64,000 nucleotides of DNA from an uncultured Holophaga sp. (GTDB lineage Bacteria > Acidobacteriota > Holophagae > Holophagales > Holophagaceae). The notes below the pieces were generated by a model that saw only the letters and a program-made list of their open reading frames with translations, did no database searches and had not been told where the DNA came from. This document shows positions 60,641 through 64,000 of the stretch, piece by piece. The first letter of the stretch is position 1; the number at the start of each line of letters is the position of its first letter. The DNA is taken from assembly GCA_963664825.1 (NCBI GenBank), contig OY761614.1:1216001-1280000 (forward strand). The letters run 5' to 3'. Position numbers and translations under genes: made by a program.

Positions 60641-62770
60641 ATGCAGCCATTCGTTTCCAGCGACCAGAACTTGAAAGAGTTCTCCTTCCGGGCGGTGCTC
60701 ATCGGACTGGTGCTCTGCATCGTCCTGGGGGCCGCCAACGCCTACCTGGGCCTTAAGGCCGGCATGACCATCGCCGCTACCTACCCGGCGGCGGTCATCG
60801 GCATGGCCCTCATCAAGCTCCTCAAGGGCACCATCCTCGAGGAGAACATGGCCCGCACCGTGGGCAGCATCGGTGAGAGCGTGGCGGCAGGCGCCGTCTT
60901 CACCCTCCCCGCCTTCGTCATGAGCGGCATCTGGCCCCGGTTCTTCACGGCCGGGAACTACATGACCTCGGCCTGCATCATGTTCAGCGGCGGTCTCCTG
61001 GGCATCATGTTCGTGGCCCTCCTGCGCCGCGTCATGGTGGAAGATGCGGAACTGCCCTACCCCGAAAGCGTGGCCGCAGCGGAAATCCACAAGGCTGGCC
61101 AGGGCACGGGAGGCGGCACGGGCCTGCTATTTGGCGCCATGGCCTTCGGCGGTTTCATCCAGATTCTCAATCAGCTGAGCCTCTTCAGCACCTCCTGGAA
61201 GAAGTTCGTCTTCTTCAAGGACGCCGCCTTCAACCTGCTGGATAAGGGCAAGGCAGCCGTCGCCAAGGGCGGCATCCTGCTCACGTCCCCGGGCATCAGC
61301 CCGGCCTACATGGGCGTGGGCTACATCATCGGCCCCCAACTCGGCGCTTTGAACTTCGCAGGCGGCGTCCTCGCCTGGGGCCTGCTGGTGCCCATGATCA
61401 CCTACTTCCTGGCCCCGGGCTCCATGCCCGCGGACGCCTCGATGACCGACTGGCTCACCCTAGCCACCAGTGTTTGGCAGAATATTGTCAAGCCCATCGC
61501 CATCGGCGGCATGCTGGTGGGAGCCTGCACCACCCTTTTCAAGATGAGAAATAGCCTCATCACGGGCCTCAAGCGCTCCATCGGGGACGTGAAGAAGGCC
61601 GCCACCGGTGAGCACACGGTCGATCGCGTTAACCAAGACATCCCCTTCAACTGGCTCCTGGTGGGCGTGGCCGTGGCCGCACTCTGCACCTTCCTCATCG
61701 CGGCCTTCATCTTCAAGACGAACCTGCTGGTGGCCTTCGTGGCCGCGCTGTTGGCTGTGATCCTGGGATTCTTCTTCGCGGCCGTCTCCGGATACCTGGT
61801 GGGCATCATCGGGTCTTCCAATAACCCCATGTCCGGTCTGACCCTGACGGCCCTGGTCATTACCGCCCTCGTGATGGTGATGCTGGGCGTCAAGGGCAAT
61901 AGCGGCGTCGCCGCCGTGCTGGGCGTGGCCGCCATCGTCTGCGTCAGCAGCGGCGTGGCAGGTGAAATGCTCCAGGATCTCAAGGCCGGCCATATCCTGG
62001 GCGGCACGCCCTGGCGCATGCAGGTGGGCGATATCTTCGGCGTAGTCCTCGCCGCCAGCCTGCTCTTCCTTCCCCTGGCTTATCTCCACATGGGGGATAT
62101 CAATATCGCCGCAGCCAAGGAACTCGATAGCCGCCAGGCGGCCAAGGTGCAGATCGTCACCTACTCGGGCACCCGCAAGGATCTCCAGAAGGAATACACC
62201 CTGGAACAGGTGAAGGCCCTCGATCCCGAGACCAAGAAGGAAGTCCTGAACCTGCAGGATGCGGGCTTCGGCAGTTCGCGCTTGGCGGCGCCCCAGGCGG
62301 GCCTCATGGCCATGCTCGGCCGCGGCATCGTGGAGGGTCGCATGCCTTGGGCCCTCATCATCGCCGGCATGCTCATGGGCATTGGCTTCGTGCTCATGCA
62401 GGTGAAGAGCCCCATGCTCGTCTCCGTGGGCATGTATCTGCCCCTGGAGACCACCTTCGCCATCTTCCTGGGTGGCTGCATCAAGGGCATCGTCGAGATC
62501 ATCGGCAAGAAGAAGAAACTCACCGATGGCCAGAAGGTGCGAGTCGAGAATAGCGGCGTACTGGTGGCCGCAGGCCTCATCGCCGGTGAAGCCCTGGTGG
62601 GCTTGATCTTCGCGGGGCTCGCCGCCAAGAACATCAACTACGCCATCATCAAGAACCCGGGCATGTTCTTCATCAGCCTGATCATCCTGGCGATCATCGC
62701 CCTGATCCTCATCTTCGTGCCCCTGCGAGACCCCGGTCCCGCCGACGCTCCCGCGCCGCCCAAGGCCTAA
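60641..62770 (+). CDS. OPT family oligopeptide transporter
   Basis: ANAYLGLKAGMT, LPYPE, GSSNNPMSG, LQDLKAGH and APQAGLM. Confidence 0.92.
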   Translation: MQPFVSSDQNLKEFSFRAVLIGLVLCIVLGAANAYLGLKAGMTIAATYPAAVIGMALIKLLKGTILEENMARTVGSIGESVAAGAVFTLPAFVMSGIWPRFFTAGNYMTSACIMFSGGLLGIMFVALLRRVMVEDAELPYPESVAAAEIHKAGQGTGGGTGLLFGAMAFGGFIQILNQLSLFSTSWKKFVFFKDAAFNLLDKGKAAVAKGGILLTSPGISPAYMGVGYIIGPQLGALNFAGGVLAWGLLVPMITYFLAPGSMPADASMTDWLTLATSVWQNIVKPIAIGGMLVGACTTLFKMRNSLITGLKRSIGDVKKAATGEHTVDRVNQDIPFNWLLVGVAVAALCTFLIAAFIFKTNLLVAFVAALLAVILGFFFAAVSGYLVGIIGSSNNPMSGLTLTALVITALVMVMLGVKGNSGVAAVLGVAAIVCVSSGVAGEMLQDLKAGHILGGTPWRMQVGDIFGVVLAASLLFLPLAYLHMGDINIAAAKELDSRQAAKVQIVTYSGTRKDLQKEYTLEQVKALDPETKKEVLNLQDAGFGSSRLAAPQAGLMAMLGRGIVEGRMPWALIIAGMLMGIGFVLMQVKSPMLVSVGMYLPLETTFAIFLGGCIKGIVEIIGKKKKLTDGQKVRVENSGVLVAAGLIAGEALVGLIFAGLAAKNINYAIIKNPGMFFISLIILAIIALILIFVPLRDPGPADAPAPPKA

Positions 62771-62783
62771 TGCTCCAATAACG

Positions 62784-62811
62784 GAAAAGGGCCCCGCATG
62801 GGGCCCTTTTC
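62784..62811 (+). terminator. Intrinsic terminator-like hairpin after the OPT gene
   Basis: gaaaagggcccc-gcat-ggggcccttttc. Confidence 0.75.
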
Positions 62812-62837
62812 GTTAAGCCTGAAAAGACGAGAAGAGA

Positions 62838-63182
62838 ATGAACACACCCAAGACACTGAACGAGATGCTGGCCGCAGTGCCCGAACCCGCGGTGGAATGC
62901 CTCGCCCGCGAGGGCGGTCTCCTCACGCTGATGCGGCCCAAGTTCGTGAGCCCCCGGTTTCAATGGCTCCAGCGCCTACTCAAACGGCCCCACTTCAAGG
63001 TGAAGTTGGATGCCGTGGGGAGCTGCCTCTGGGCCCACATGGACGGCACCCGGGACGGCTATGCCCTGGTGGAGATCCTCCACCTCGCCTTCGGCGAACG
63101 GGTGGCGCCCGCCGATGAACGCACGGCCCGCTTCCTGCTCCAGCTCACCGAGGGCGGCTTCGTGCGTTTGAAGCGCCCCTGA
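62838..63182 (+). CDS. PqqD family (RRE-like) small protein
   Basis: KLDAVGSCLWAHMDG...LVEIL...FG....FLLQL...GFV winged-helix pattern. Confidence 0.75.
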   Translation: MNTPKTLNEMLAAVPEPAVECLAREGGLLTLMRPKFVSPRFQWLQRLLKRPHFKVKLDAVGSCLWAHMDGTRDGYALVEILHLAFGERVAPADERTARFLLQLTEGGFVRLKRP

Positions 63183-63219
63183 GAGTCTCCAACAACGATC
63201 TGCATCACCCCAGATAACA

Positions 63220-63245
63220 AAGCGCCCCCGTCTCCGGGGGCGCTT
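63220..63245. terminator. Hairpin between convergent genes, likely bidirectional terminator
   Basis: aagcgcccccg-tctc-cgggggcgctt. Confidence 0.65.
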
Positions 63246-63263
63246 CCTGTTGAGGGAATAGGT

Positions 63264-64000
63264 TCAGAACCAGACCTGGAAGGCCGCCACGACGCTATCG
63301 CCACCCTGCTCGCCGGTCTGACCGGTGCGGGGAGCAAGGAAGTTCTTGCTGCGGAAGATGTAGTCGACCTTGATATTGGCCTTGCGGATCAGGGCCGGAT
63401 TGAAGGCGTAGGTGTAGCCTGCGGTGAACTCCGTGTACTTGGGCGTGTAGTCGGCGCCGTCAGTCCGAGCCACGCCGGGCGCGCTTTCCGTGTAGGGATT
63501 GTAGGTGGTGTACCACTTGTCGCCCTGGTTGTAGTTCATGAAGTCGTAGCGCAGGCGGAAGATGTGATGGCCCGTAGTGTAGGCGCCGGTGATCTCGTAG
63601 CCCAGGAACTTCTGATCCAGGTGCTGGCGCTTGGAGCCATTCACCGCCTGGAGGAAGGCAACGTTCCGGCGACCGAGAAGGCCCGTGGCCGCTTCGGCAT
63701 CCGCATGCCAAGGGCCCTGGTTGAACGCGTAGTAGGCGCCGTAGGTGCTCGTCTTGTCCTTGTTGTCATAGATCTCAAGGACAGTGGGCGGCACGTTGGT
63801 GACAGACGGTGCGCCAAAGGCGGCCCCCTGGGTGCTGGCCCCGGTCTTGTCCGTGAGGTTGGTGGAGCCCTGCTGAAGGTAGACACCGAACTTGTGTTCC
63901 GTACCGGCATTCAGATCCAGCCGGGCCGTGACATCCTTCTGGGCATTGACATCATTCTGACGATCCGTGGAACCGTTGAAATAGCCAACGCCCAAGCGAC
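63264..64000 (-). CDS. Outer-membrane porin (OprO/OprP-like), 3' part only
   Basis: GYFNG...KDVTARL, amphipathic beta strands, C-terminal FQVWF. Confidence 0.7.
   Translation of the reverse strand, partial: RLGVGYFNGSTDRQNDVNAQKDVTARLDLNAGTEHKFGVYLQQGSTNLTDKTGASTQGAAFGAPSVTNVPPTVLEIYDNKDKTSTYGAYYAFNQGPWHADAEAATGLLGRRNVAFLQAVNGSKRQHLDQKFLGYEITGAYTTGHHIFRLRYDFMNYNQGDKWYTTYNPYTESAPGVARTDGADYTPKYTEFTAGYTYAFNPALIRKANIKVDYIFRSKNFLAPRTGQTGEQGGDSVVAAFQVWF

Overview
High-GC bacterial chromosomal segment. Gene content suggests a diderm, possibly Acidobacteriota/Holophagae, but that is inference only. It is mostly housekeeping: ETF-quinone oxidoreductase (partial), rdgB, thiF/moeB-like, cpdB-like, rlmN, htpG, leuS, cysK-like, pyrE, pduO-type, murU/amgK-like, corC-like, degP-like, tRNA-His, hup, rplI, UDG, ECF sigma/anti-sigma, XPB helicase with a WYL partner, rng, panBCD, lnt, maf, trmH-like, an OPT transporter and a porin (partial). 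There are two accessory parts. (i) A lower-GC pair of DUF3857/transglutaminase-like genes, the second split by an intact 1629-bp IS66 (ISBst12-type) with 17-bp IRs and an 8-bp target duplication. (ii) A 5.9-kb integrase-less island in tRNA-His (52-bp att repeat, putative arm sites) carrying mrr, Fic and truncated nuclease-like genes. The most unusual signal is a 104-bp tandem array upstream of thiF/moeB. It encodes four stop/start-coupled 34-35 aa mini-ORFs that copy the enzyme's N-terminus with mostly synonymous variation, and each contains a C-GNA-G triloop hairpin. Similar GNA-triloop hairpin elements occur inside rlmN, after hup and near 43.3 kb, three of the four sites next to duplicated host sequence. 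All family assignments come from motif recognition by eye, not database searches.
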